The notes under the pieces are model-generated. The model was not told the origin of the DNA. It saw only the letters and a program-made list of their open reading frames with translations, and made no database searches. The translations under genes were made by a program, and so were the position numbers. Source: Octopus sinensis (taxonomy: Eukaryota). Taken from it: 64,000 nucleotides of DNA. Below, piece after piece: positions 24,731 through 39,600 of the stretch (its first letter is position 1; each line of letters opens with the position of its first letter). The stretch is from NCBI RefSeq assembly GCF_006345805.1, contig NC_043004.1, forward strand, positions 62,310,001 to 62,374,000. The letters are read 5' to 3'.

Positions 24731-27700
24731 AGTACTTAGATCAGTGCTGACCACCTCGATTTCAAAATGCTGCACGAGGTCAACAATTTCAGTGTTGGGG
24801 AGTAGTCTATTGCAATGACTCCAGTGCTCGACTCGTACTAATGTTTATTGACTCAGAAAAGATGAGTGGCAAAGTCGACCTCGGCCAAATTTGAACCCAG
24901 AGCGTTATGACAGCAACAACAATCTTAATAGTTTCATATTTTGATACAAGACCAGCAATTTGAGGGGAGGATTAAGTCAGTTACATTGACTCCAGTGTTT
25001 GACTGGTACTTATTTTGTCGAACCCGCAATATCGACGCCCGAAGCATATGCGCCCAGAGCATAAGGAGGGTCGACAATCCGATAAGCATTCAGCCCAGCG
25101 TGCAAAGGATCCTACTAGCTCTCCGTCTTAATACAGTTCTAGTCTCTTTCATTCGGAAATTTTGTTCAATTTTGGTGTACCGAAGCAACTCCGAATTATG
25201 ATCAACCAATTATTTTATCTCGTAAACTAGATAATCTGATGTTATTTGGAATTAAGTTTGGAAAATGTGGGTTATTAAGCTAGCAGACAGCGTGGCAATA
25301 GTAGTTTGTTACCATGACAACCGCACACTGCGTTGTGGTTCATTTGTTCTATGTTGATTTTCACTCATGATTCTTCAAACGAGATTCTTTTCACTTTTTT
25401 TGTTTTAATTTTTCTGTGTGTTAGTATATTAAATATTTTCAGTGCTTCTGTGTCTTAGTATTTTTTGTGCTTTTTCTGTGTTAGTATTTTTATATATTGT
25501 TCACTTCATATATTTTTCATATATATTCAGCGACTCTTTGATTCTAATAACTAGATTTATAATTTCACCAGGTTAATTTTCGAATCATGAAAAATTTAAT
25601 TAGGCGTAGTTTTTAAGCCATTAGCTTCACATTTCAACATTTTAACTGAAATTTAACCCACGTAACAGGAACTGAGAGGGATATCGTGGAACAGAGAAAC
25701 TGTGGGAGATACAGATAATTAGACATTATTTTTGAATTCTGTATACAAAAAAACATGAGATACAAGTATTATTTTCCTTGGGACAAATTTTTTATTGATC
25801 AATGTTATCGTATTTTAGAAATCCAAGCATGAAAGCGTAACTCAACTTTGGAGTTTTGGAGACAGACACCCCTTCACACACACACATGAATGCATAAATG
25901 TATATGTAAACTTACATATGATTAAACACCTCCAAATGCACTTACATATCAATAATGTACACGAATACATGACTGGTATACATAATACTGAAAAATGCAT
26001 AAAGTAAACACATATAGACAAATATATTAATATAACAAATTTTTAAAAATAATAAAAACGTACAATCAATGATGAAACAAAAGAAACAGTAAGAATATAC
26101 ATGCTGATTTTATTAGGTATTTCTGTTTATTTAGAAACCTACAATGAACAGGTCATGTCACCAACGCGAAACTATAAATTTCACAGGACACAACACTAAA
26201 GATGATACCGCTCTGCTAAACGCAGAACATTTCTCTCTCGTTATTTACTAAAAGTAAAGAGTTTCTCCAATTTTTAAATCTCTGTAACGAGTTCCTCCAG
26301 TTTTTATCTCCACAACGTCATACCTTCATAGTAATGAGACTGGAAGACTATATAATTACAGCCGATTTTAAGATTTTCTACTTCGTTTTGAAAAATACAT
26401 ATTTTGCAAGTGAAAACAACTAGATACCTTAATACCAGCACTTCCTTTTCATTAATTAAAATTACACGCTTTAGCTTGTGCTATGGTGAGTCGAAACATC
26501 TATTTCATATTTATATATTTTGTCTCAAAAAAGCAAAATTAATATAAAATCCAGTTGCAAGTTCTCGTTGTAGTAAAGATACTTCACGTAATGATGATTC
26601 TAAAATTATTTAAATTTCGGTTACGTATACTTATTCTGATTTACTTTTCTCCACTCTTTGAGATATTGAATTCAATATGGAATGTCGATAAAGCAAAATG
26701 TACTTTTTAATGAGATAAAACTTATATAGTTTTCCAAATCAGCAACGAAGCAACGGAAAATAATGTAGAGTCACAAATGCAATTCTATTCTTTCATATAT
26801 GTTAATAGCCACCCAGCTAGAATATTGTACGTACACAACGCATGAAGTTGCCTGGGAATTAACAAAAGAGAATGACTAAAACGAATGACTAAAGAATGAC
26901 TAGGCAAAATATAATAAAAGAATAATGAATCAGAAGGGTTAAAACGCAATACATTGTGGTGCAGTTCCATTTTGAATTTAATTTATGCATCTAATCATCT
27001 TATAATAATTTTACTGTATTTCACAGCGAGCCAAAGTATCACACAAAGTGTTTGACAAGAATTGTTCTAACACAGATCAAACGGAATCAAAAATGTACTC
27101 GTACCCACAAACTTTACTGGTCATCTAACTCAAGTGAGAATGTAATTTCAAAACAAAGTTTGTAGATTAATCAACTAACTTCTAATTAACCAAAAAAACT
27201 CTAAATCAGAAATTTATTGAACTAAAACAAATATTTCCTCCCACTCCTTTCAATGAGTATCTGATAAAATCTTACAATAAAATTTCAAAATATTTAACTC
27301 CAGGTAATTCATATTATGCATATATTAATGCCATTGTGTATCATATTTAAACTTATAATCCGATAAATCGAGAGCGAAGTTTCTCGTTGCAATGATAATT
27401 ATCTTGGCTTTACTTATTACTTTTGGTTTGTTATGAAAAAATACTCAAGATGCCTATAAATGCATAATGCATAATAAAAGCCCCATGTCTTGCTAACAAA
27501 CAGAATAAGTAAAGAAATCCGAAATATGCCTCCATACAACATTCTACAGAAAATGAAAATCCAAGAAAAAAATTGTGTGGGGATTCATAGTAGAGTGTAG
27601 TAATGATCAATTCAAAGAATGATGCTAGTATTATGTTTATAGATCACCTGTGATTGTTTCAGCTTCTGCTTGAATTTCTTTCCCATCAAAGTATGTGATG

Positions 27701-27919
27701 GATTATATGTACGATTTATGTAATCTATGTGATATGAGATGGAATTTACACTAACTCCAGTTGCTTTACGAAAAGTAGATACTGACTTTATAACAGGGAT
27801 TAGTATAATATAATGTATGGAGAGAGGTATATAACAGTCAGAGATATGTTCTACAAAGGAGAAGTTACATTAGCAGTAAGTTAAGCTTGTAGGGAGATAA
27901 AATTGGCCGGTTTTCCCTA

Positions 27920-28225
27920 GGTTAAAAATGGCACTCTGTCGATTATGATGTCAAGTATTCCAGCTGAACCATCAATAAACCACTTTATTTTCAAATTAAC
28001 GCGTAATCAAACGTTGTTCTCAGGAAAATTCAGAGTGGCACAAAATGTGACAAAGCTAGCCCTTTTTTGAATTACTGGTAGAACTCATCTTTGCCAGCTG
28101 AGTAAACAGGGGCAATGTCACATATGATATCTTGCTCAAGAACCGAGCGCACAACCGGGAATTGAACTCACGGGCTTACGACCGTAAGTGGAGTACCATT
28201 AAGTACCAAGTCACGCGCTTTCACT
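27920..28225 (-). mobile_element. Degenerate tRNA-derived SINE family D
   Basis: Minus-strand head aaagcgcgtgacttggtac..gtgagttcaattcccggttg..ttcttgagcaaga..ctcagctggcaaagatgagtt. Confidence 0.6.
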
Positions 28226-31200
28226 CCCGAGGTGAAATGTATTGCAAACATCTATGTTTATAAATCAATGACATGTGAGAAGCACATTAATGCGCTTACC
28301 TATTATCTGAATGAAAAGAAAAGAGGCTAAGTATCAACGCGCTCAGATTCAAAACAGCGACACTTAATCATTGCATATTTTTACAAGAATGTCTTTAATA
28401 TATTGATCAACAAAAACTATTAGGATTAAACAGAGAATGAGAAATATAGACGGGCGGAAAAGGTATTTTGTAAGTATTTTATTTTCTCGTTACTTGCTTC
28501 AAACATTGAAATGCGGCCGTCATATGACACCGCCTAAATCCATTAAATACCCTCCCATATATTCATAATACTGTTTCAGAAAATTATCACCGTTCTCTTT
28601 GACAAATTATGCTGGGGCAAAATGAGTAAGCCAATATTAGGTAAACTCGCCTCACTAGTTCTCCAGATTACATTTAAAAAGACTCATGCACGCCAATATC
28701 CATCCTTTCACATCAGAATGATCAAAAATGCAAAGAAATTGAAATTACATTGGTGAAATGAAAGATCATGGAAAATGCATATAAGATTAAATGAAAAAAT
28801 CTCGACATAGTATAAAAAAAAGAAACACTTTATAAATTAGTCTCTACTACCGGGACCCCTGAATATTTCACGGAATTAATGGTAAACTTATATGTTATTT
28901 CTGAAAACATTATCCTAAATTTCTGAAAGCGTAGCCTGTGTTTTTTTCCCTCTAGTTTCCCTGTTTTTTTCCCTGTTTTACTTGTTCCTTTTTCTTTCGC
29001 ACTTCGCCTTTCCCTTCAACTAAACACTGCAAAAAAAAACAATACATGAACGACTTGGCAGTGCTATCTGAAAGGACAATTCCAGTCGGCAGAATGATTC
29101 CTGGGGGTCAAATGAAGTGGTTTCCAGCAATGGAAGCCTGAGCTGCAGAAAGCCTTTCCGATTTCTTTTGATTACCGCTCGTATATATATTAATTACGTG
29201 CGAAATTGTACAAGCAGGGATTTTCGAGAAATGAAGGATTTCATGTAGATTAACTAATGATCAATATAAGGTTAAGATGCGCCTCGAACACGTAAGCAGT
29301 ATTGTTCCCAGGAGTTACAATTTGTAGAGAATATTATTTGGATTGATTCAATATATTTTTCTGGATGTTCTAACTTTTAAATTCCGTTTTTCAAAATATA
29401 CTTTCAAATGTTATTTGTTATTTTAGTAGTCGTCGCAAATCTCGTTGCTCCACTCCTGTACGCGAGTGTTGTTGGAGAATTGCCCCCGAAATGAAGGCAT
29501 TTATCTCCGGTTTTTCAGTTAAGTATATTCCATTGGCAAGATGATATACGCTAAACTTCATATTAAAGGAACAAAATGCGCTGGAGAGCATATGATATGC
29601 AAAATGCGCTGGAGAGCATATGACATTGAACAGTTAAAAAGGAGAATGAAAATGATCTAGGCATGAAACGAGTATCTAAATCATGTGGAAAGCCTTCACG
29701 TACTGCCGATTAGGAAGGTTTAAGGGTGAACTAATTAACGTCATTAGGAATATTAAATTGAAAAATTACCAACTATGGAATAAACAACTTTAAAAAGACG
29801 GGTACTTTAATTAAATAATTCATTTATCTAGTATAGTAGTTCACGCCGATACAACCTTAAAACGGACAAGAACTAAAAAAATGAATATGAAATTGTAGGG
29901 AGTAAAAATTAGAGCCGACTACAAATCTAAATAATTTCAATTTAAAGGCTTTAAGACAGCCTTTATTTTCATATCTTTTCATACGCCTTAAATTCGTACT
30001 ATTCAAACACTGTACCTTCAGACGCCTTAATTTACAAAAAGACGATGCCATATTATTTTGTTCATTTTCAAGAGAAGTCTATACTATTTATTTTCAAGTG
30101 TTTTTGAACGGTCAGATTTCAATATATCTTGGAGGAAACAATGCGGTTAACAAAAAAAAAAAAGTTAAAATTATTGAATACAGGATTTCACAGCGCGATC
30201 ATCACTCCTTCAGCTTATGATTTGTTCAAACCGCCTTGGTAAGGGGATTTTCGCTCGAAATGAGAACAGCAATCACGCATAATGAGCAACTGGCACCTGT
30301 AGTCATAACAATGAGTACATTCCTAATAATAAGTATTTAAAACTGGTGAAATTTCGTCGGCCGATTACGGCTTGTATAGTTTAACTTCTATTGAAATAGC
30401 TGATATTAGAATAAAACCGTTTTCATTTGCTGGAAACTAGACTAAAAAAGAATATAGACCACAAGCACTATAGACGACAATAGAAAGTATAAACGTTAAC
30501 AGATGACGTGAATCAAAAAGATATACATAGAAGTCAAGTTGTAATTGGTTGACAATCAAACCCCTCCTGTGACTATAGGAGAACGTGTACCTTAATGAGT
30601 AAACAATAGAAATTGGTGACAATTACAAAAGCAAACTTAAAATATTTCGAAAAGACGAACGTTACTTGTTTCAAAATTTGTAATCTCGGATAAAAGTGTA
30701 TATTTAATGCAGTGGTTAAGTTTCTACCTTTCATAGAGATAGTACTATCTTTAGCAGGTATGCAGTCAAATTTGCGTAATCCACCACATACATTATAGCC
30801 ACTAATAGAGCATTAATTTATAATATGGTATTACATCGTCACTGTGAATTGTGTATAAAGTATTCAAGTAAGAATAATAATCTTGCTATTTCAATGAATA
30901 TCCCTCATAAAGTGTAACTTTAGATATCGTGTAAACTCTCCTTTAACTAAAAGCTCATTTCTATATACATTGGCACCTACGAAAACTCATGAACTACATT
31001 CCTAAACATCATATAGTACATTGCTATACGATGCCTTTGCATACAAACCCAAATTTAGATAACCTACATATACACATATACACAGCATGTATACATATAC
31101 ACATTTTCTAAAGAGTAAAAGGAAAACTCACACTACCTCGTTAACTGAATGTTCTTGGATTCTCAATACGAAGAATATTAAATTGACCATAACTTGGTCA

Positions 31201-33077
31201 ATCAAATGTAACATCACTCTGTATGAAATAGATGAGTATAGTTTCAATTAAGCTGCGAGACACACACGATTGTCAAAAGGTATAGAGTTCTTTGAGAACT
31301 TATTTAATTTTAAAAAAAAACTTCGATGTAGCAAAAACCTAAAGTTATTTTAATAAAAATGCTGCTCGTTTTCAATTAGCAATCGTAAAATATTATTCAA
31401 AGCTCCAGTGATTTTTTCATTCAAAGAAAAACTGTCCTGTTATTATTGCCATGTGTGGAATTTGACATTTTCGACATGCCTTGATGACTAACTAAAGATA
31501 TCTCAGAAAAATACAGGTCTTGCATAAATGTGAAGGATTATCCTTCTGGTGCTAAAAAAATGGACCATGGGCGCTTTAAGCTCATTTATGTGAAATGATT
31601 TTTGTTCTCTTAACACTTCACTTAACACAGCGTTTGCAGACATGGACTGGCTTCCCTACGGTATATACAACGTGTATTGAATGTTCCTCTGCACCACAGT
31701 TCTGAGAGCTCACACCGACACCTGAATATTTTTGACGATGTCCTTCACAGGTTTTTGTGTATCATTATCTGTTTGGAATCCATTGGATGAAAATATCCGG
31801 TCATTTATTAAGTTTCTTCTTTTTTCTTTGATATGTTTGAAACATTCCAAGCCAAGCCTTCGAAATCCGTCGGCATTTGAACATCTAATATCATGTGACA
31901 TTTAGCATGTCAATTTCTAAAGCTAAACATAGCAATAACGGCGGCACATCTTTTCATTGTTTGCATTACATTTCATCTGCCATTATGTAAAAACCATTAA
32001 TTTGCTAGAAGAGAATAATATATTAATGAGCAATTGCTTCAAATACCATTCACAACTTGTGGATCTAATCTAATTCACGATCCTAATGATTTATTGAACC
32101 CGGTTGCCGTCAATTCAATGTAACAGCCTTAAATTCGCCTATTAATTATTTTTTTAAAATTAAGTAGTGAGAAGATCAATGTCCTTTTCCTCCTTTTTTA
32201 GATTTGTGACTCAGAAATCGAATTAAAATCTCCGCACATCGCATTCATAGTTTAATAATTTCTCATGTAATTATTTTGCTTAGTTTCATTCTAAGTGATC
32301 CCAGTCTTTTCGACTATAATTACAATCGATATCTTGTACATTGTTTCTTTCTTTATTTCCAGTCTAATTTTCATTATTAATTGCTTCTTTATCGCCCTAC
32401 TAACTGCAGTATTCTAAGGCTACTTACTAGGAAATTGCAGCTCTTTCAACACTTTTGCGTCTATCAGAATACCATTGCTCATTTGAGGATGTATATACAG
32501 CTAATTAAATTGCTCATTGCCTGTCTTTGTTTTGCGACTGTTTATGAGAGGCGAGGAATAAATAAGAAAATCTGTCTGTATAGTCGCATTACTAGCATAA
32601 ATATTGCAGTCGAAATAACTACCAATCGTTCATATTGTATTACACTGACTTTCTGTCGCTACATATATTTAATAGAATCATCTCTGCACGCGCAAAATGT
32701 CGTGTTCGATATTAGTTTCGTAAATAGGCCCAAAACAATCACGGAACATCCGAATAATATCGTATGGCTAAAAAACACTGCATATATAACCGCCATAATT
32801 TCAATGTATAATAGGTGATTGATTATTGTGACTATGGTAGCTTATTAATAAATGTAAAAATGTCAAATTAAGTCTTTGATTTATCAACTATTTTCCTATA
32901 AACGATATAAAATTCTTACAAGTCATCATAAATTTTTTGGTTAATTTCTGATCAAAAAGTATGTTGCAAGTTTTACGTGATCTAGTGAATAATCAAAGTA
33001 GTAAGTTTCAGCTTCACATAATTTATAAATTCCATTATAGCTATAAAAATATCATATAGTAAAAGTACACACGAACG

Positions 33078-33122
<45 letters not shown>

Positions 33123-33877
33123 GCACACACACAGAGTAATATATATGTACTGTGTGAGGTTGATATTTACTTCTAGATACATGGGCACACCAAAAGGTTT
33201 CTTTCTCATCTAAGTTGGTTCGATACAATTCTGGATCAGCTGATCCAGTAAGCATAGTATAGGTATTGTTCCGTGATGTATTTTTGCAGCTCATTCAGTC
33301 GCATGTGACGGGATAATTTGATCAGTCATAACAAATACAACAGTGTTTGAACAAAAAAAAAATAGATTGTAGCATGAAAGGAAAGCAGAGAGAGAAAATA
33401 ATAGCAAAAGAGTGAAAAGTAGAAGTAGACGAGGAAAACGAAATAGGTGACATGTAGAGGTTCTGGTAGAAGAGTTTGTAAAAGTAAGGCAAAGAAATCA
33501 TTGTTATGCCTGCTTATATGCGTCACTATTTTTGAAGTTATGTAGCTTTCAGGTGCGCCCGTGAATAGGAAATTGAGGTTTCGTTTATTTCCTTTGTTGC
33601 GGTACTTTTTTCCAACAAATGTTTGAAGAAAGGTGTAAGGCTTTACATTTTTAACCTTCTATGAGATTTGAGCAGGTCAAGTGCGTGGTGAGCGTTCGCA
33701 TATCTCTCTCAAGCATGTATTCATATCCCAACAGATTAATTTTTGGATGTTTTTTATTCTAAGCTGGAATGTATATAAATATTCTTTTGTTATTGAAATT
33801 TTTTAAAATGATACATGGATACTCGCGTAAATCACACTATGTATATAGACACATGCATTTTATAAATGAATTTAAGT

Positions 33878-33927
<50 letters not shown>

Positions 33928-34190
33928 GCAAGTATGCATCTCTCTCTCTCTATATATATATATATAGAGAGAGAGAGAGAAAGAGAGAGAGAGATAGTTA
34001 GATAGATAGATAGATAGATAGATAGATATCTTATGGTATGTCTTTTGCTAATCCTCCCATGGGGTTTTGCCCAATACAATGAATTACTCAAATTTAATCT
34101 TCGAGAAAATGGAAACAGCTGTAAATGTGTTGAAATTTTGCAATTAATAAATCATATTAATGTTACATCTCCACTCTCTGAATTTGAATA

Positions 34191-34263
<73 letters not shown>

Positions 34264-34270
34264 ATATATG

Positions 34271-34301
<31 letters not shown>

Positions 34302-35169
34302 GTATATATATATATGAATAAATAAATGGAGTTTAACGCAGGCATAATCAATTTTTACTTTCGACACATGTTTCGAAAATTCCACTGATACTATTCAAAA
34401 GAATAAATGGTATAAACAATGCAATCTTATCCTCAGGAAAGTAAAAAAAAGCGAAACCCGTCAATAAGAAATTTTTGCAAAAAATGATGGATTTGTATAG
34501 CGATAGACAGAACGCTATTAATATTGTTTAAAAAAACCTTATATGATATAACGTCATAAGTAGCTAACAGAAAGAGTAGGGATACAAATAGTGAATATTA
34601 AATATAAAGGAAATTAAAGTTTAATTTATATATAATGATAGAGACTACTTATATGCACTAAATGTATATTTTTGCCCATGCTTACATCTGTATGCTCGTT
34701 CTATAAGCGTGTTTACTAGAGTACTTTTAGAAGATATAAGGAAAAATAGCTCAGAATTACAGAGAAGACAGAATTCCTTGCCTTTGTCATATGGTATCGA
34801 AATTGAGAGAATCAACCATTCTAAATAAAACTGTTCATTGTGGTCTTTTAAATCCCAAATCAGTTTGCTGAGACCGGTACTATTACGTTTATTTCTATCC
34901 CTAAATGTTGAGTAATGGATAGAAATTCTTTTAGATAACTCTAACGATGTGCTTCCAAAACATTATATATTACAAAACGTTAAATTAAAGATGTAAAAAC
35001 TAATACTTTTCTGTTATAAATAAAAATTCCTTTCCCATAATTTTAAGAGCAAAACCATCGTTGGAGGGCAAGAATTGTAAATTTATTGTCTGTAACGTTT
35101 ATCACATTCATATGGCTTAGAGTTTATGTATATAAACTTAGACTTACATAAACTTAGATATGTTTCGAC

Positions 35170-35820
35170 CAAAGATTGGTCCAGGCCATGTCTAACTTAA
35201 TAGCACCACCTGATAGGGTTATTCGAATCCTGTTTAAGTCAAGTTTTGTTCAAGTAGTGAGTTCTTGTTGGGTGAGTTGTATCCAGTTTCGTTCAAGTAG
35301 TGAGTTCTTGTTGGGCGAGTTGTATCCAATTATGGGTTGCTTATCTGGTATTCTTTGAAGGAATCTATCCAGACTCCGTTTAAAGTTGATGGGATCCTTT
35401 TCCTCTTTGATCTCCCTCGGGACAATGTTAAATAGGGCAGGGCCAGTTGAGGAAAAGAAATTATGTTGCAGTGTACATGTATGTTGTGATCTTGAATTGG
35501 GCAGGGGACGTATGGTCCGTGGTCCCAGTCTTGGATGAACCTTGAAACTAATGTTTAGGTCGTTTGGGCAAAGTTGGCGGTATATTTTCCACATAGTACA
35601 AATGATGTACCGCTGACGGCGACGCTGGAGGGAGTAAAGTTTCAAGGCTTTAAGGCGATCCCAATAATCGAGAGCAGCCATGCCTTCAATTCGTTTAGTG
35701 AGTGCCCTCTGGGGTGACTCAATTCTGGAGATGTTTTGTCTTGTGTGAGGAGACCACAGTCGGCAGCAGTATTCAAGGTGTGGCCGTACAAAGGAGGAAA
35801 AAAGTTGTATGATGACACCT
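35170..35820 (-). mobile_element. CR1-like LINE 3' fragment
   Basis: ORF 35250..35681 YWDRLKALKLYSLQRRRQRYIIC..GPALFNIVP; upstream FVRPHLEYCC; internal 43-bp tandem duplication at ~35237-35322. Confidence 0.85.
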
Positions 35821-36999
35821 TGTTCTCTGTGTATTTGTGTATTTCATTTCTTTATATGTTTGAATATTCTGTATAAATTATATGGATACACGTCTTAACA
35901 TTATTATTCTTATCCATATACGTTAATTGAAATATCTATTGATCTATTCCATCTCGCATATATCTTACTACCTGACATACTGCAAAGTTTTATACAGTTG
36001 ATTCACCAATTTGTTTTCTACTCTTTGTTCGTTGATATCATCCAACCCGATGGTACTATTTTTTTCTCTCCTGGGAATATGTAGTTGACATTATCACATT
36101 GCTAATTACTTCTTTTTTTTTCCTCATTCATTTTTCTTGCGCGTCCTATTTCTTTTTATTGCTGGATGCACTCTGTTACATGTAGGTTAACATAACAATC
36201 ACAAGAAAAAGTATGAAAGTGAAAGAGGCGACGCATGTCAAAGAAAAAATCAACAACCGCTAATAGAAGCTGTTACATGTATGACACATAAGCAGTGCTT
36301 AAAGGAATAATAGAGAAAGACAAAAGTAGAAAAAATATTATGAGAAAAGTGGCGTCAAGTATAACATAAAGGAAGATATGACATATTTTTGAAAAAAATT
36401 ACATTACTTTTTATACCGGCAACAAACTTCAAAAGAAACACACGCAGACACACATACACACAAAAAAAAAAATTGTTTTACTCTGTACCTATGTTATTGT
36501 CTAATGTTCATTATACTTTACCTGGTTAAACGTGTTATATCAGATTATAAGATTTCAACTTTGCATAGACTTTTAGCCTTTATGCAGGGAATTTTAATCC
36601 TCATCAAATTTTATACAAAGAGCTATGAACACTCGCATTCATACACTATCGCAATACTATGTTGAAGCAACGCAATAACTATACACACACACACACACAT
36701 ATATACATACATAAATGTACAGAAACATATGTACATATATATATGTATGTGTATATATATACTCCCTTTTACTCTTTTACTTATTTCAGCCATTTGACTG
36801 TTGCCATGCTGGAGCACTGCCTATATATATATATATATATAAATGAATAAATAAATAAATATATATATATATATAATATATTATATATATATATATATAT
36901 ATAATATATATATATATACATATATGTATACACAATTATAAACAATAAATTTAATAGAGGGATTCAATTAACAATCCGATAATTTACATTATTTACATT

Positions 37000-37250
37000 T
37001 GACGGATTTTTGTCCTCGTGTTGTTTCATCAAGTGTCTTGGGGAAGTTTCGAATTTGGGATTTCATTCCTAATGTATTTTTCAATGTTGTTGTTGTTGTT
37101 ATTATTATTATTATTATTATTATCATCATCATTATTGTTATCATTATTATTATTATCTTTATCATTATTATCATTATTCAAGTCATTGCCTAGAATCGAA
37201 CTCGGAATCTTGGGGTTAGTAGCCAGCGCTCTTAACCACTACGCCATATA
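37000..37250 (-). mobile_element. SINE family E (tRNA head, internal (AAT)n, unique tail)
   Basis: Head tggcgtagtggttaagagcgctggctactaacc..cgagttcgattc; tail aaaaatac(a/c)ttaggaatga shared with 57795-58015 and 58022-58262. Confidence 0.7.
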
Positions 37251-37364
37251 TACTATGAATATAATATAACTTTAAAAATCCTTAGTTTATTACTTTATAC
37301 ACATACACACACACATATATATATATATACACGCATGCCTATTTCTCTCTCTCTCTCTCTCTAG

Positions 37365-37413
<49 letters not shown>

Positions 37414-37465
37414 AAGAGAGAGCGCCATAAACACGCACCTACACGCACACACACACACACATATA

Positions 37466-37559
<94 letters not shown>

Positions 37560-38547
37560 TATATATATATATATACAGAGAGACAGGGAGACTGACAGAC
37601 AGAGAGGGAAAGATGTGTGCAAATATACGTGAACGGGTGTGTCAGTGTGTATGTATGCATGGATCTAGGTATGCATTTCAAAATTGTTTAATGAAATATT
37701 ACGTACAACAATTGGAAACCTATAAATAAAAACTTAATCAGAACGGAAACTACTGTTTCCCTGCATCGAAAGCAACAAAAATCTAAAATCTACTAAAAAT
37801 CACTAGCTAATGCATACTTTGCCTTTCAAAATCCAGATTAGTAAATTGGCAGCAAAATAATTTTATGTGCATTCATTCGTATCACGTTCCTGAAAAGTAG
37901 AGCGTGAAAAATGCTCTTTGGCGCATAACAACTTATTAGTGGACGCCTTAACTTTATAATCAAAATTTGTAAGTCAGACATAAACAAGATAACCAAGATC
38001 TGTAATGAATGCTAGTGGTGAAAAGTAATGAATCATAAGTCTTGACATACCATTTTATTCCTCATATATGATCAATTATATATCCGCTATATCGGAAATC
38101 TACAGTGGTTCAAAAACCCATGTCTTGGTTATAAACTTAGAACCCTGGTAATCCGTTACAGCATTTACCCAGCGTATCTAGTCGTTTAGATCACCTGTAT
38201 ATGTGAAATATGTAACGAATTACCAGGTCGCCACGATTATAGCCGAGGCAGGAGTTACGGAACCATTGTAGATTTCGCATAGAGCGGATATATATATATA
38301 TATATTTGAAATATTATTTCTACATCTTCCAAAGAGAGATTTACAGTAACAGCACCATGAAGCAATGACTTTTTCCAACGTAATATGGAACTCCCAGGAT
38401 GGGACGAATGTCACTATTATTTAGCCCCAGGAAACATGATTTTCAACTGGTTATATGACACAAAGACATTCTGTATCCTTATATTTTCGAACAGAGGAGA
38501 ACCGTACCACCACCAAGCACAACCTTGCACCCAAGGACCGGTTGCTG

Positions 38548-38818
38548 GGGAAATATCTTGCAGCTGTTTCAACCAAGAGGCAAAGATATCTCATTCTACC
38601 ATTATTTTTCCAGTCGACTGAAGTAATTAGTAGATGAAATGGAGGTACTTGGGTGTTTATCTAGGATACGTCAGGTACTTTCCAAAATCTCTGACAAGAC
38701 TTAGAGGAACACACAAGTACCTCAATTTCATCAACTAATTACTTCAGTCTACTGGAGGAATAAAAGTAGAATGAGGTATTTTTGCCTCTTGACTGAAACA
38801 GCTGTAAGATATTTTCCC
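38548..38818. repeat. Inverted repeat (38548-38657 / 38708-38818) with long-stem-II hammerhead-like motif
   Basis: aaaatct-CUGACAA (38691-38697) ... GAAAC-AGCU-GUA (38795-38806)-agatattt. The upstream PKDRLL segment resembles the PLE remnant at 4.5 kb. Confidence 0.65.
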
Positions 38819-39018
38819 AATTTATATTCCCGTATGTTATATTTTAATAATTACTGGTATCATTATATATTTCATAGGTAAAGCTTAATATGTTATACAT
38901 GTATGTATATTCTTGTAATTGTTATTTTAGTAAATAAATGAATAAATAAATTGACATAAAATAATATAATGTCTAAAAGTTGATGAACCACCTATTGATC
39001 CCCTCCAATTTCTTATTG

Positions 39019-39082
<64 letters not shown>

Positions 39083-39459
39083 ATAAGAAAAAATGAGTTA
39101 AAATATATAGGCAGATTTAAAAAAAGCCCTCAGTTTAAAATTAATTTGGTTAACTATATCTAACGTTCCTCATGTATGACAAGTAGATTGAAATAACACC
39201 TAGAAGAATTTTGAAAAATTCACAGCAATAGAGAACAAAAAATATGGATAGATAAAAACGCATCTCTAAATTGATTCTTTTGAATCAACGTAATTAGATA
39301 TAAAACGGTATTCAATTGAAAAAAACATACATGTTAAAAAACGATATTACATGTTGACACACATCGTTTTTCAGTTGATCCAATGTTAGTTAAATTCAAA
39401 GTGTTTATCTGCAGAAATTTCCCCATATCCGACACAATTGGACCCAGTCTTAAAAGTTC

Positions 39460-39600
39460 GAATATATACGTATATATAGAATACGCCCATATCATCTGTT
39501 GCTAGCACTACATCCTTTCTTTTGATGCTGATGTAATCAATTGTTGCTGCATATCGTTTAGCTTCTCTAACGGTAAGGAATTCTACAGGCTTGTGCATAT
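39460..39600 (-). mobile_element. CR1 ORF2 internal fragment
   Basis: KPVEFLTVREAKRYAATIDYISIKRKDVVLATDDM aligns to IPVEFFTATEAERDAKTTDYINIKENDVMLAIDDM at ~56135-56240. Confidence 0.7.

Noticed and set aside
31710-31901. 63-codon minus-strand ORF with a possible GTGAGC donor
   Set aside because: Could be a first coding exon, but there is no recognisable homology and no partner exon was found.
32381-32818. 145-codon ORF in non-repetitive DNA
   Set aside because: Starts at TTG, has no recognisable domain and no convincing splice sites. A BLASTX or RNA-seq check would settle it.
37183-37250. tRNA-like sequences (also at 48360-48426 and 58025-58075)
   Set aside because: A/B boxes are present, but they run into SINE bodies and lack a full cloverleaf. 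They are SINE heads, not tRNA genes.
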